46,164 nt of DNA from contig SESX01000002.1 in the NCBI GenBank assembly GCA_004367365.1, positions 1 through 46,164 of the forward strand. Reading direction: 5' to 3'. Source of the DNA: Candidatus Acetocimmeria pyornia (GTDB lineage: Bacteria; Bacillota; Sulfobacillia; UBA3575). This document shows, in pieces, positions 45,438 to 46,164 of this stretch (position 1 is its first letter; every line of letters begins with the position of its first letter). The notes under the pieces are model-generated. The model searched no databases. It worked only from the letters and a program-made list of their open reading frames with translations, and was not told the DNA's origin. Position numbers and translations under genes: made by a program.

Positions 45438-46164
45438 GTCCGAAGCTCTTTGAAATCATGAACCTCAAAAAATCGTACCAGGGCCGGGAGGTCTTGAAGA
45501 TAGACTACCTGGCCTTCGAAGAGGGCCGCATCTACGGTATCATGGGGCCCAGCGGTGCCGGTAAAACGACCCTGCTTCGCCTCCTCAACCTCCTGGAGGA
45601 GCCCACCGAGGGGCAGATCTTTTTCCTGGGTGAGGATACAGCTGTCAACGGCACCAGGAGGCTGGCCCTGCAGCGGCAGATGACCATGGTCTTTCAAAAA
45701 ACCGTCCTTTTCAACACCTCGGTCTTCGAGAATGTGGCCTTTGGACTGAAAGCCAGAAGGCTAAATCCGGCCGTTGTCAAAGAGAGGGTTTTCTCTGCCC
45801 TGAAGGACGTGGGCCTGAAGGATTTAGCCCAACACTGCGCCCTTTCCCTCTCCGGGGGGGAGGCTGAACGCCTTGCCCTGGCGCGGGCGATGGTTTTAAA
45901 GCCCCGGGTCCTCCTCCTGGACGAGCCTACCGCCAACCTGGATCCCGCCAACGTAGCCACCATTGAAAACCTGGTCCGGACCATGCACGAGAGGGATGGT
46001 ACTACCATCATCCTCGTCAGCCACAACCTTTTTCAGGCCGAGCGGCTGGCTGATGAAGTCATCTTCCTCTACAACGGACGAGTGGTGGAGAAAGGACCCA
46101 CCGAAAGGGTTTTCCACGCCCCTGAGGATGACCGGACGAGGGCCTTCATTGAGGGAAGGATGGT
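45434..46164 (+). CDS. tupC: Tungstate ABC transporter ATP-binding protein, 3' end outside window
   Basis: Not in the supplied ORF track because there is no stop inside the window. ATG 45434 overlaps the tupB stop (ATGA). My translation gives Walker A GPSGAGKTT, signature LSGGEAERL and Walker B LLLDEPT. Confidence 0.85.
   Translation, partial: MSPKLFEIMNLKKSYQGREVLKIDYLAFEEGRIYGIMGPSGAGKTTLLRLLNLLEEPTEGQIFFLGEDTAVNGTRRLALQRQMTMVFQKTVLFNTSVFENVAFGLKARRLNPAVVKERVFSALKDVGLKDLAQHCALSLSGGEAERLALARAMVLKPRVLLLDEPTANLDPANVATIENLVRTMHERDGTTIILVSHNLFQAERLADEVIFLYNGRVVEKGPTERVFHAPEDDRTRAFIEGRM

Overview
GC-rich window that looks like a thermophilic Firmicutes/Clostridia chromosome. It is almost all housekeeping, and most genes are on the + strand.

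Gene order:
- 5'-truncated LysM/G5/M23 peptidase.
- Membrane HEXXH protein, then walR-walK-yycH-yycI.
- murA, an HtrA-like protease, rlmH.
- Lower-GC gap with a dehydrogenase gene remnant.
- Uncharacterised module: 4Fe-4S protein, Cys-motif protein, mini-HAD.
- Aminotransferase plus B12-binding radical SAM.
- PBP1A (- strand).
- Clp-fold SDH-type serine protease.
- Polyamine operon pdaD-[465 nt non-coding]-speE-speB, then argS.
- Chemotaxis operon mcp-cheW-cheA-cheD-cheY-cheB-cheR-cheX.
- Small membrane protein (-).
- Nitrilase plus family III CoA-transferase.
- pyrG, polysaccharide deacetylase (-), sppA, a Yip1-like membrane protein.
- Biotin-domain-less carboxyltransferase.
- Moco/Wco-type riboswitch in front of tupA-tupB-tupC. 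tupC runs off the 3' end and is missing from the ORF track.

I do not see a clear new defence or mobile system. The least explained signals are:
1. An intergenic repeat family with a tandem pair inside the polyamine operon and inverted or split copies elsewhere.
2. A perfect WalR-type box, an extended -10 and a terminator that together define a roughly 78 nt candidate sRNA upstream of the walRK operon.
3. The Fe-S/Cys-motif/HAD module.
4. The translationally coupled nitrilase-CoA-transferase pair.

All calls come from reading the sequence and recalling family motifs. No database search or folding was run. Several start codons were moved from the longest-ORF start to RBS-supported starts.
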